Origin: a virus
Direction: 5' to 3' (one strand)
Length of the DNA stretch: 43,336 nt
Virus record (IMG/VR): IMGVR_UViG_3300042478_002332
The position numbers were made by a program, and so were the translations under genes. Within the stretch, counting starts at the first letter, position 1, and every line of letters begins with the position of its first letter. Under the pieces are notes generated by a model. That model did no database searches. It was given only the letters and a program-made list of their open reading frames with translations, and was not told the DNA's origin. This document shows positions 6,720-13,998 of the stretch, piece after piece.

Positions 6720-7922
6720 ATGGGGAATCCCAAATCCGGCCGCGACGATGGGCAAAACGGGCAGGATATGCAGCCGGAAACGCGGATCATTGCGGGCGAT
6801 TGCTTGCAAGGAATGGCAACGCTGCCCGATAGCAGCGTGCATTGCGCGATCACCTCGCCGCCCTACTGGGGGCTTCGTGACTACGGCAACGCTGGGCAAA
6901 TCGGGTTAGAACCCACGCCGGAAGCCTACGTCGCCCGCATGGTGGAAGTGTTCCGCGAGGTGCGTCGAGTGCTGCGGGAGGACGGTACTTGCTGGATCAA
7001 CCTTGGGGATTCGTACAGCGGGAACGCTTCCAGCGGTGGCAAAAACTCCAACGACGGCGGGCCTGCCGTTCGTGTTGTTGGGGTTCCGACAAAACGTGGC
7101 GACGGCCTTAAGCCCAAAGACCTCGTAGGCATCCCTTGGCGTGTCGCCTTCGCCCTCCAGGCGGACGGATGGTGGCTGCGGCAGGATATCATCTGGCACA
7201 AGCCCAACCCTATGCCGGAAAGCGTGCGCGATCGCTGCACTAAGGCGCACGAATACGTGTTTTTGCTTGCGAAAAGCGTTGACTATTTTTTTGATGCAAA
7301 GGCAATCGACGAACCGCTAGCGACAAAGCCCCATGCGCCTGGGAACAAGGCAGGAAAAGATGGGGGCCACCTTCGAAATGATTTTGGAACGGATGCGATG
7401 GCGCGAGTATGGGGCGCTTCTGGAAGACGCAACCGGCGTTCAGTTTGGAAGATTGCCACGCGCCCATACCGCGGCGCACATTTCGCGGTCATGCCGCCGG
7501 CATTAGTTGCTGACTGCCTTCGCGCGGGAACCAGCGCCGCGGGTTGCTGTGCGGAATGCGGCGCTCCGATTCGCCGCGTTGTCTCGCGGGAGCGCGTTGC
7601 CACGCGCCCCGGCACGGACACAAAGACAACCGGCAACGCGGCGCGCGAAGGGAACCGCGATCCGCTGCGGCACGTTACGCAAACCGAAACGGTTGGATGG
7701 GAACCGTCGTGCGCCTGCAACGCCGCGCGAATCCCGGCGACCGTCTTTGACCCGTTCGCCGGCAGCGGAACTACGCTAGCCGTTGCCGTGGCGAATGGCC
7801 GAAGCGGGATCGGCTGCGAACTGAACCCCGACTATATCGCGCTCGCGGAACAACGGATCAGCGAGGCGCGATCAGTTTCGCCACTGGAACGCCAAGCGCT
7901 TCCGCCAGCGCGGACAGCGTAG
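6720..7922 (+). CDS. DNA methyltransferase, N4/N6 beta-class (PF01555-like), with no partner endonuclease recognised
   Basis: Motif IV is ITSPPYWGLRDYG near the N-terminus. Motif I is FDPFAGSGTTLAVA near the C-terminus. The start is ATG 6720 (AGAGGAG upstream) or ATG 6768. Confidence 0.85.
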   Translation: MGNPKSGRDDGQNGQDMQPETRIIAGDCLQGMATLPDSSVHCAITSPPYWGLRDYGNAGQIGLEPTPEAYVARMVEVFREVRRVLREDGTCWINLGDSYSGNASSGGKNSNDGGPAVRVVGVPTKRGDGLKPKDLVGIPWRVAFALQADGWWLRQDIIWHKPNPMPESVRDRCTKAHEYVFLLAKSVDYFFDAKAIDEPLATKPHAPGNKAGKDGGHLRNDFGTDAMARVWGASGRRNRRSVWKIATRPYRGAHFAVMPPALVADCLRAGTSAAGCCAECGAPIRRVVSRERVATRPGTDTKTTGNAAREGNRDPLRHVTQTETVGWEPSCACNAARIPATVFDPFAGSGTTLAVAVANGRSGIGCELNPDYIALAEQRISEARSVSPLERQALPPARTA

Positions 7923-8127
7923 ACACGCGCGGATCGGTAATGCGGCCGGTTGAAATGCGGTAGATCGTTTCCAGGCTCACGCCGGACGCCTCCGCGATTT
8001 CGTCTAGGTGTTTGTGCCGCCGCGCGGCTAGCCGCTCAATGCGGCGCCCTAGTTCCGTGCGCTCCAACTGTCGCGGCCTTCCGCCCGCGCCGCGTTCCCC
8101 GGCTTTTGCGTTGTTTACTGTCGCCAT
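7858..8127 (-). CDS. XRE/Cro-CI-type HTH regulator (repressor candidate)
   Basis: LDEIAEASGVSLETIYRISTGRITDPRVSTLSALAEALGV is an XRE-type HTH. Start trimmed to ATG 8127. The gene lies next to attP and int. Confidence 0.75.
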   Translation of the reverse strand: MATVNNAKAGERGAGGRPRQLERTELGRRIERLAARRHKHLDEIAEASGVSLETIYRISTGRITDPRVSTLSALAEALGVPVAKLIAPR

Positions 8128-8197
8128 TTCAATTCCATCCCTGGAGTTTGACCCGGCGCCCGTCGCGCCGCCACAATGGCGGCAGACGGGAACCGAA

Positions 8198-8250
8198 TAC
8201 ACCCGGCAGGGATCGAACCTGCAACCTTCGGTTCCGTAGACCGATGCGAC
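8198..8250 (-). other. attP core candidate: 3' portion of a tRNA-Arg(ACG) gene (anticodon arm to acceptor 3' strand), not a complete tRNA
   Basis: Minus strand: TCGGT-CTACGGA-ACCGA AGGTT GCAGG-TTCGATC-CCTGC CGGGTGT A. No complementary 5' acceptor strand or D-arm lies upstream. Confidence 0.75.
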
Positions 8251-8339
8251 ATATGGGGGGGAGGCCACCCGTAGGGATTGTGTTGATTTTGCTTTCCAAT
8301 TTTTTGATTGGGAGGGGAACGCACCACGCGGAAGGGCTA

Positions 8340-8370
8340 GTCACCGCGAGGGAGTGACGCTACCTATATC
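8340..8370 (+). promoter_or_regulatory. int control region: inverted repeat GTCAC-N9-GTGAC followed by TATATC, 8 nt before the int ATG (leaderless-type spacing)
   Basis: Direct reading. No Shine-Dalgarno sequence lies within 20 nt of ATG 8379. Confidence 0.4.
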
Positions 8371-8378
8371 GGCCACAC

Positions 8379-9260
8379 ATGATCCGCAGCAATTCGCCAA
8401 AGACTCTTGCCGGTTACGTTTCCGCGTATGCGCTCACGCATCCGCTAGAGCGCGAATCCATTCGGCAATACGAAATCGCCGTTCGCCTCCTCGACCGCTG
8501 GGCCGGTCATGCCGTGCGGCTTGACGAACTCGACGCGCCGCTAGTCTCGCAATGGATCGCGGACTATTCGCAGACGGTGGCGCCGCAGACCGCGCGGAGC
8601 AAGCGCCGCCAAATCGTTTCCCTATGGCGCTCCGCGGTCGATGATGGGCTATGCGATCCCGTGGCGCTCATGCGCCGCGTTCGCCCGGTGCGCTGCCCGT
8701 GGAAACCGCCCGTGGCATGGACGCGCGAGGAAGTGCAACGGCTCATCAATGCGTGCGCGGCTATCCCGCGGTGGCATCGCTGCGGGCTGCGGCGCTCTGA
8801 ATGGTGGGCGCTCGCGATCCGCGTTGCCTACGATTCGGGGCTACGGTGGGAGGATCAAATGTTCCGCCTTCGCGTGGATCAAATCACGGAGGAAGGTTTC
8901 ATAGCGTGGCCGCAGCATAAGACAGGGAGGGTTGTCGTTTGCCAGTTGTCGGAACCAACGTTGGCCGCGCTGCGGCTATCGCTGCAACGTTGCGCGCGCG
9001 AACTCGCTACCCCGTGGCTGGGCAGCCATGAAACGTTTTCCGATCAAGTGCGAACGATCGTTCGCCGCGCGGGCATTCGCAGCGGTACATGGAAATGGAT
9101 TCGCCGCACGGGGGCGACCGAATGCGAAATACAGGAACCGGGATCAGCCGGCCGGCATTTAGGACACGCCCCAGGAAGCAAACTCGCCTATTTGGCCTAT
9201 GTCGATCCTGCCCAGGTTGCCGCAGCCCGCGGGAAAACAACGCCGCGCGCCCTCGCTTGA
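8379..9260 (+). CDS. int: tyrosine recombinase / phage integrase
   Basis: AYDSGLRWED (Arg I), WIRRTGATE (box II Arg), HLGHAPGSKLAYLAYVD (His...Tyr). Adjacent to the tRNA fragment. Confidence 0.85.
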   Translation: MIRSNSPKTLAGYVSAYALTHPLERESIRQYEIAVRLLDRWAGHAVRLDELDAPLVSQWIADYSQTVAPQTARSKRRQIVSLWRSAVDDGLCDPVALMRRVRPVRCPWKPPVAWTREEVQRLINACAAIPRWHRCGLRRSEWWALAIRVAYDSGLRWEDQMFRLRVDQITEEGFIAWPQHKTGRVVVCQLSEPTLAALRLSLQRCARELATPWLGSHETFSDQVRTIVRRAGIRSGTWKWIRRTGATECEIQEPGSAGRHLGHAPGSKLAYLAYVDPAQVAAARGKTTPRALA

Positions 9261-9291
9261 CCGCTGGCAGCCGATCGGCAATACTGTAGGC
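9257..9291 (+). promoter_or_regulatory. Variant cassette promoter P7 for xis: TTGACC-N17 (contains GCCGATCGGC)-AATACT, 6 nt before the ATG
   Basis: Same palindrome and same register as P1-P6. The -35 overlaps the int stop codon. Confidence 0.5.
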
Positions 9292-9522
9292 ATGGCAAAA
9301 ATCGACCCCTCGCTATATGTGACGATCGGCAACGCCGCGAGAATCGCAGACGTTGATCGATTTTGGATGCGGCAACTCGTCAAGGCCGGCAAGATTTCCG
9401 GCGTGGAAATCGACGGGCAATGGTTTGCCCTGCGGTCTGCGGTCGAGAAATACCAGCGTTCCGACACGGGGCGCCCCCGTCTGCCGCGGGCTGCAAAATC
9501 CGCCGGCCCCAAAAAAGCCTAG
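9292..9522 (+). CDS. xis: excisionase-family HTH protein
   Basis: YVTIGNAARIADVDRFWMRQLVKAGKISGVEIDGQWFALRSAVEKY resembles the excisionase/MerR-type HTH. It sits directly after int. Start trimmed to ATG 9292. Confidence 0.65.
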   Translation: MAKIDPSLYVTIGNAARIADVDRFWMRQLVKAGKISGVEIDGQWFALRSAVEKYQRSDTGRPRLPRAAKSAGPKKA

Positions 9523-9567
9523 GTTTCGCGGGGTTTTTCCAGGGGAAAGATTTTTTGGGTTAAGGGC

Positions 9568-9625
9568 TGGACAGGGTATTGCCGATCGGATATAGTGTTG
9601 GCATGACGCGGACGATTGAGCCGCG
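9568..9625 (+). promoter_or_regulatory. Cassette promoter P1: TGGACA-N17-TATAGT plus a 5' hairpin
   Basis: TGGACAgggtATTGCCGATCGGaTATAGTgttggcATGACGCGGacgattgagCCGCG. Confidence 0.65.
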
Positions 9626-9650
9626 GCAAACTTCAAAAGGAACCCAAGCC

Positions 9651-9890
9651 ATGACGAACTCCCAGTTTTCCGCTGCCGTCGAAATCGCCAAGGGCAACGC
9701 CGATCTTTCCCGCGTTGATACCGAAATCCTTTTCGGCTACGGGCTGCGGAACTTCGCCCCCGTCGCTGCCACCGTGGAAACCGTCGCCGCCGTGATTCGC
9801 TGGGATTGCTTGATGCTGAACGGCGAGTTTGACTCCGTGGCCCTCGACAACCTCCACAGCATCTTCCGCCGCAAAGTGACGGTTGTTTGA
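9651..9890 (+). CDS. hypothetical protein (79 aa)
   Basis: ATG preceded by the conserved AAAGGAACCCAAGCC. Confidence 0.6.
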   Translation: MTNSQFSAAVEIAKGNADLSRVDTEILFGYGLRNFAPVAATVETVAAVIRWDCLMLNGEFDSVALDNLHSIFRRKVTVV

Positions 9891-9904
9891 CCGCAAACCC
9901 ACCG

Positions 9905-9929
9905 CCCCCGCGGCACTTCGCCGCGGGGG
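9905..9929 (+). terminator. GC hairpin CCCCCGCGG-cacttcg-CCGCGGGGG (no U-tract)
   Basis: Direct reading. The same stem recurs at 10555..10579. Confidence 0.45.
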
Positions 9930-9960
9930 CCGCAACCCCCAGCCACTAGGAACCCCAGCC

Positions 9961-10146
9961 ATGACCACCGCCGAAAAAAACCTCGCAATCTCAACCGCCA
10001 TCGTCGCTCACCGGCTCGCCGGGAAAACCATCCGCGAAGCCGTGGACGCGGTTTTCGGCCCCGGCGGATACCAGCAAATCGCCGGCATCATTTGGGAAAT
10101 GCTGCGGGAAGCGGAAGGAATCGCCCCCGTGGAAAAATCCGCTTGA
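9961..10146 (+). CDS. hypothetical protein (61 aa)
   Basis: ATG preceded by TAGGAACCCCAGCC. Confidence 0.55.
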   Translation: MTTAEKNLAISTAIVAHRLAGKTIREAVDAVFGPGGYQQIAGIIWEMLREAEGIAPVEKSA

Positions 10147-10197
10147 CGGGCTATTGCCGTCCGGCTATACTTCCACCATGACGCGGCAACGAGCCGC
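10143..10197 (+). promoter_or_regulatory. Cassette promoter P2: TTGACG-N17-TATACT plus a 5' hairpin
   Basis: TTGACGggctATTGCCGTCCGGcTATACTtccaccATGACGCGGcaacgagCCGCG. The -35 overlaps the upstream stop codon. Confidence 0.65.
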
Positions 10198-10229
10198 GAG
10201 GAACCCACGAAAGAAAAGGAACCCAAGCC

Positions 10230-10544
10230 ATGACCGCGACCGAATCCAACGCGATTGCAACCGAAATCCTCAACCAGTTGGGCGGGGGGCGATTCGTCGC
10301 CATGACAGGCGCAAAGAATATTGCCCATGATGCGGGCGCCCTCCGCTTCCGCCTCCCCTCGCGGTTCGCCCGCGGCGGCATCAACGCGGTTCGCGTGACG
10401 CTGACCGCGGCCGACGATTATACGATCGAATACGGCAAGGTCTGGGGGCTGAACTATCGCGTTATCAAAACGCAAGCCGGCGTTTATGCGGACACGCTGC
10501 GGGCTTCGTTCAAGGCTGCGACGGGGCTGGATTGCACGCTCTAG
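10230..10544 (+). CDS. hypothetical protein (104 aa)
   Basis: ATG preceded by AAAGGAACCCAAGCC. Confidence 0.65.
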   Translation: MTATESNAIATEILNQLGGGRFVAMTGAKNIAHDAGALRFRLPSRFARGGINAVRVTLTAADDYTIEYGKVWGLNYRVIKTQAGVYADTLRASFKAATGLDCTL

Positions 10545-10554
10545 GAATCACAAG

Positions 10555-10579
10555 CCCCCGCGGCATTGGGCCGCGGGGG
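10555..10579 (+). terminator. GC hairpin CCCCCGCGG-cattggg-CCGCGGGGG
   Basis: Direct reading. Confidence 0.45.
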
Positions 10580-10610
10580 CAATCGACCACAAGCAAAAAG
10601 GAAAATCACA

Positions 10611-10835
10611 ATGGCGAAGGCAACGAAGATTGACGCGAATAGTTGGATTTATTGCGGCGTTCGAATTGAGCGAGGCGAGCATAGCCGAACGTATGTTCCT
10701 GCAATCAATGACGGGCAATGCCGCTCCTGCCGGCGCTTGAGCGATGCGGTTTTGGAAATCGACCTAGCCCGCTACCGCGCATGGGAAGCCGCCCAGCGCA
10801 ATGCCAAAGCCGCAGCCCCCACCCCCAGCCCGTGA
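10611..10835 (+). CDS. hypothetical protein (74 aa)
   Basis: ATG preceded by AAAAAGGAAAATCACA. Start trimmed from track ORF 10566. Confidence 0.55.
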   Translation: MAKATKIDANSWIYCGVRIERGEHSRTYVPAINDGQCRSCRRLSDAVLEIDLARYRAWEAAQRNAKAAAPTPSP

Positions 10836-10920
10836 CGGGCCGGGGGTGGCCGGGGGCCGCGGGGGCAAACCCCCGGTTTCCCGGCCGAAAACCCCACGAA
10901 AGATTTTTCCGCTCAAGGGC

Positions 10921-10978
10921 TTGTATCGATATTGCCGAATGGCTATACTAGAACCAACGCGAGCAAATGAGACTCGCG
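10921..10978 (+). promoter_or_regulatory. Cassette promoter P3: TTGTAT-N17-TATACT plus a 5' hairpin
   Basis: TTGTATcgatATTGCCGAATGGcTATACTagaaccAACGCGAGcaaatgagaCTCGCG. Confidence 0.6.
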
Positions 10979-11004
10979 GGAATGAAACGAAAGGAACCCC
11001 AGCC

Positions 11005-11184
11005 ATGTATCGGATCACCTTCGCAAACGGAACGGTTGAAAGCGGAATCAACTTCATCGTTGCGTGCCAGCAAATCCAGAATCGGCCTAGCGTCAACTGG
11101 CGTGCCGACATTGGCGAGTGGATCGGCGGGGTTTGCAAGGTGCGGCTGGATGGCCGAATCATCGCGACGATCACCGCAGCCTAA
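11005..11184 (+). CDS. hypothetical protein (59 aa)
   Basis: ATG preceded by AAAGGAACCCCAGCC. In frame with track ORF 10801..11184. Confidence 0.55.
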   Translation: MYRITFANGTVESGINFIVACQQIQNRPSVNWRADIGEWIGGVCKVRLDGRIIATITAA

Positions 11185-11193
11185 CCAAACCAA

Positions 11194-11222
11194 CCCCCAG
11201 CCGGCACGTTGCCGGCTGGGGG
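11194..11222 (+). terminator. GC hairpin CCCCCAGCCGGC-acgtt-GCCGGCTGGGGG
   Basis: Direct reading. Confidence 0.45.
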
Positions 11223-11257
11223 CAGCCCAACCCCAGGAAAGAACAGGAACCCCAGCA

Positions 11258-11551
11258 ATGACCACCGAAACCGCAACCGCCCCCGCCGTCGTTAAGTTCG
11301 CCGTTGGCACAACCTACTACACGCGAAGCGCTGGCGACCACAATTGCATATGGCGTTTCACGATCGTGCGCCGCAGCGCGTCTAGCGTTTGGATTGCCCA
11401 CGAAGGCGACCGCGGCCCCACGGTTGAACGCCGCAAGATCAGCGAATACAACGGGCGCGAAACGTTCGCCCCGTTTGGCCGATACTCCATGTCGCCTACG
11501 GTCTGGGCGGATCGCGTGGCCGATGGCGTGGCCGATCGCCGGGATTGGTAG
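11258..11551 (+). CDS. hypothetical protein (97 aa)
   Basis: ATG preceded by ACAGGAACCCCAGCA. In frame with track ORF 10967..11551. Confidence 0.55.
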   Translation: MTTETATAPAVVKFAVGTTYYTRSAGDHNCIWRFTIVRRSASSVWIAHEGDRGPTVERRKISEYNGRETFAPFGRYSMSPTVWADRVADGVADRRDW

Positions 11552-11562
11552 TCGAGAGGATA

Positions 11563-11587
11563 GCCCGCCGGCACGGGGCCGGCGGGC
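11563..11587 (+). terminator. GC hairpin GCCCGCCGGC-acggg-GCCGGCGGGC
   Basis: Direct reading. Confidence 0.45.
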
Positions 11588-11627
11588 GGTGGTCGCTTAT
11601 CAACGCTCAACGAGTAGGAAAACAACA

Positions 11628-11912
11628 ATGGGACGCGCCGCAAGCAAAAACGAAATCGCCGCCGCAGCCGAACGGAAAACTTTTGAGGTTTTCCACGATG
11701 CTTTTCGTGGCCGTTACTATGTGATCGATAGCCAGCAAGACGCAAACGGCAAGCGCATTTTTGAACACGATTCGCAAGCCTGCGAAAAGGCGATCGAACT
11801 TAACCTATCAACGATTTCCGAACTGCTCGCGCTCAATGCCAAACTACAGGCGCGGCTAGTCCATGCCACCGCGCAGGAAACGGCGCGGATTTGTTCCGGC
11901 AACGATAAGTAG
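11628..11912 (+). CDS. hypothetical protein (94 aa)
   Basis: ATG preceded by GTAGGAAAACAACA. In frame with track ORF 11304..11912. Confidence 0.55.
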   Translation: MGRAASKNEIAAAAERKTFEVFHDAFRGRYYVIDSQQDANGKRIFEHDSQACEKAIELNLSTISELLALNAKLQARLVHATAQETARICSGNDK

Positions 11913-11997
11913 CCGCCCCGGCCGGGGGGCTGCCGCAATCCGGCAGCCACCGTTTTCCCCGCGGAAAACAGCCCAAAAAATAATTCGGCTCAAGGGC

Positions 11998-12051
11998 TTG
12001 TCCTGATATTGCCGATCGGCTATAGTGTATCCAACGCGGTGAGGAACCGCG
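11998..12051 (+). promoter_or_regulatory. Cassette promoter P4: TTGTCC-N17-TATAGT plus a 5' hairpin
   Basis: TTGTCCtgatATTGCCGATCGGcTATAGTgtatccAACGCGGTgaggaACCGCG. Confidence 0.65.
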
Positions 12052-12078
12052 GAACCCAAAAGAAAAGGAAACCTAGCA

Positions 12079-12465
12079 ATGGCAACGAATTATGTGGTTC
12101 GCGGGATGGCTGAAGAAGGCAAGTGCGAGCATTGCGGCGCGAACTGCCCGAAGCGCCGCGTCTACGTTCAGCCGGTCTACGCGGACGGCGACCGCGGCGA
12201 GGTCGAAGCCTGGGGCGTGATTTGCGCCAGCAAGGCACGCGGCGAGCGTGGCACCGTGACCGATGGAAAGTATCTGACCCAGTTTGCGAAGCATTGCGAT
12301 CGCGTCCGGGCGATCGTCGCGGCCGGCGGCGGCTACAACGAAATCAACCGCGGCACGGTCTACAACTACCCGTTTGATATTCTCCGCGGGGTGGTGCGGG
12401 TTTTCACCTACGGCAACCGCACGAACTTTGCAGACGTTGAAATCCCCATGCCGGTGATCGGCTGA
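12079..12465 (+). CDS. hypothetical protein (128 aa) with an N-terminal CxxC...C cluster
   Basis: ATG preceded by AAAGGAAACCTAGCA. Contains CEHCGANCP. Confidence 0.65.
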   Translation: MATNYVVRGMAEEGKCEHCGANCPKRRVYVQPVYADGDRGEVEAWGVICASKARGERGTVTDGKYLTQFAKHCDRVRAIVAAGGGYNEINRGTVYNYPFDILRGVVRVFTYGNRTNFADVEIPMPVIG

Positions 12466-12588
12466 CGGCAGCCGCCCCCGCCGGCCGCGGTGGCCGGCGG
12501 GGGGTTCCCGGCCCCCGGCCGGCTGCCGGCCGAAACCCCCGGTTTCGCCCGCGAAAATCACGGTTCCAAAAAAAATCTGGATTGCCGC

Positions 12589-12647
12589 TTGACCTATTGC
12601 CGATCGGCTATATACTGGGAACATGACGCGAGCAAATGAGACTCGCG
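12589..12647 (+). promoter_or_regulatory. Cassette promoter P5: TTGACC-N16-TATACT plus a 5' hairpin identical to that of P3
   Basis: TTGACCtATTGCCGATCGGctaTATACTgggaacATGACGCGAGcaaatgagaCTCGCG. Confidence 0.6.
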
Positions 12648-12673
12648 GCAGGATTTCCGAAGGAACCAAAGCC

Positions 12674-13018
12674 ATGAAGACCGCCACCAAGACCAAGACC
12701 AGCCCGAAGGTTGCCGCCCTGGAGTTTCTGAACGCTTGCCAGCGTCAAGGCTGGACGGTTCGCGCCGATGAGGAAACCCGCGTCGTGACCATCACCAAGC
12801 ATTTCGCCCCCGGCGATAACGCCGCGTTCGTCGCCCTCGACGGCGAATATTACGATCTTCTCTCGCGGCTGCCGGCCCGCGGCGGTTCCATGTGGGGAAC
12901 GGACGGCAGCGGCGTGGGCGGCTACTCCGCGATCCTGCACGGTTGTTTCACGATGAACCTTTCCGGCGTGAGCGCGGCCGCCGTTCGCACCATCTACGGA
13001 ATCCTTTCCCGCGACTAA
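12674..13018 (+). CDS. hypothetical protein (114 aa)
   Basis: ATG preceded by GAAGGAACCAAAGCC. Start trimmed from track ORF 12623. Confidence 0.6.
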   Translation: MKTATKTKTSPKVAALEFLNACQRQGWTVRADEETRVVTITKHFAPGDNAAFVALDGEYYDLLSRLPARGGSMWGTDGSGVGGYSAILHGCFTMNLSGVSAAAVRTIYGILSRD

Positions 13019-13029
13019 CCGACAACCGC

Positions 13030-13053
13030 CCCCGGCGGCATCCGCCGCCGGGG
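13030..13053 (+). terminator. GC hairpin CCCCGGCGGC-atcc-GCCGCCGGGG
   Basis: Direct reading. Confidence 0.45.
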
Positions 13054-13068
13054 AAGGGGGGGCTACCA

Positions 13069-13284
13069 ATGCCGCAACTGCTGGCCGATCTAATGACGAA
13101 TCCCAACCTAGCCCGCGCGGATGCCGCGTGGCTTGCGTCCGCAATCGCTAGCGATTGCCTTCGGCGCTGCAACGTGGACGAACTGCCGCGATTGCTCGCG
13201 ACGATCGGCGCATGGCGTGCCGATGTGCTGGCCGCGATCCGCGCGAACTTTCCGCAGCATTGCGAGGGGGCCGGCAATGGCTAA
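13069..13284 (+). CDS. hypothetical protein (71 aa)
   Basis: In frame with track ORF 12892..13284. The first ATG after the hairpin. Confidence 0.5.
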   Translation: MPQLLADLMTNPNLARADAAWLASAIASDCLRRCNVDELPRLLATIGAWRADVLAAIRANFPQHCEGAGNG

Positions 13285-13486
13285 CCGAAAGCCGCAACTA
13301 TTCGACCGCTGGGAATCGCCGGCATTTGCCGCCATGCTGCTAGCGTGGGCCGACAACCTCGACCGTTGCTATGCAGACGCGGCGGCTTTTGATGCCGCCC
13401 GCGCGGAAGCCTGCGAGGATAGCGAGGAAGCCGAAACCGCCGATCCCGTGCGCGATGGCTGGATCGGAAAGGACGGGCAGCCATGA
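13277..13486 (+). CDS. hypothetical acidic protein (69 aa)
   Basis: In frame with track ORF 13121..13486. The ATG overlaps the upstream gene end. Confidence 0.5.
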   Translation: MANRKPQLFDRWESPAFAAMLLAWADNLDRCYADAAAFDAARAEACEDSEEAETADPVRDGWIGKDGQP

Positions 13487-13614
13487 AAAGCCACGTTGAC
13501 GCGGCATTGCGGGCGCTGCTGCTGGTCAAGATCGGGCAGGAACTAGGCGCCGATTCGCCGCTCGCGCGGGCGGTTCACGATGCGATTTCCGCAATCATCG
13601 CGATGGCGCTCTAA
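13483..13614 (+). CDS. hypothetical micro-ORF (43 aa), below the track cut-off
   Basis: ATGA overlap with the upstream stop. Hand translation: MKSHVDAALRALLLVKIGQELGADSPLARAVHDAISAIIAMAL. Confidence 0.35.
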   Translation: MKSHVDAALRALLLVKIGQELGADSPLARAVHDAISAIIAMAL

Positions 13615-13984
13615 CGGCGGCAACGCATTGGCAAATGGCGTGGCGGGCTTCCTTGCTGCCAAACCATAGGTTGCAAACCTCGACCACCACCGCTTTCATC
13701 AGCAAATCAATTGCCCGCACGGTGGCCGGTTTCGCGCCCCACCGCGCTTCTAGTTGCTCGCGGCATCGCGCCGTGAGAACGGCAATCGTCGCCACCGTAT
13801 CGGCGCCAGCCCGCGGCGGTTCCGGCTTTTTTGCTAGCACGGTCATTTGTGCGATCGGAAACCAGCGTAGGCACTCTTGCACCATGACATCGGTGGTATG
13901 CGCGAGCGCATCCGCCGGCGCGCCGATGCGGGCGCGAACTTCCTCTTGCAGTTGCCCGATTAGCACCCCCGCCGCATCCCCCAC
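13595..13984 (-). CDS. hypothetical protein (about 129 aa), last gene of the late/lysis strand
   Basis: Track ORF 13595..14089 trimmed to GTG 13984 (GGGAGG 4 nt upstream) so that it starts after the upstream stop. Confidence 0.4.
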   Translation of the reverse strand: MGDAAGVLIGQLQEEVRARIGAPADALAHTTDVMVQECLRWFPIAQMTVLAKKPEPPRAGADTVATIAVLTARCREQLEARWGAKPATVRAIDLLMKAVVVEVCNLWFGSKEARHAICQCVAAVRAPSR

Positions 13985-13998
13985 CGGAGCCTCCCGCG

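Noticed and set aside
8115-8344. Two short minus-strand ORFs and the possibility of a complete tRNA gene
   Set aside because: The ORFs run through the tRNA-like sequence and have no RBS. A full cloverleaf cannot be built, because the 5' acceptor strand and D-arm are missing. It is called only as a tRNA fragment / attP core.
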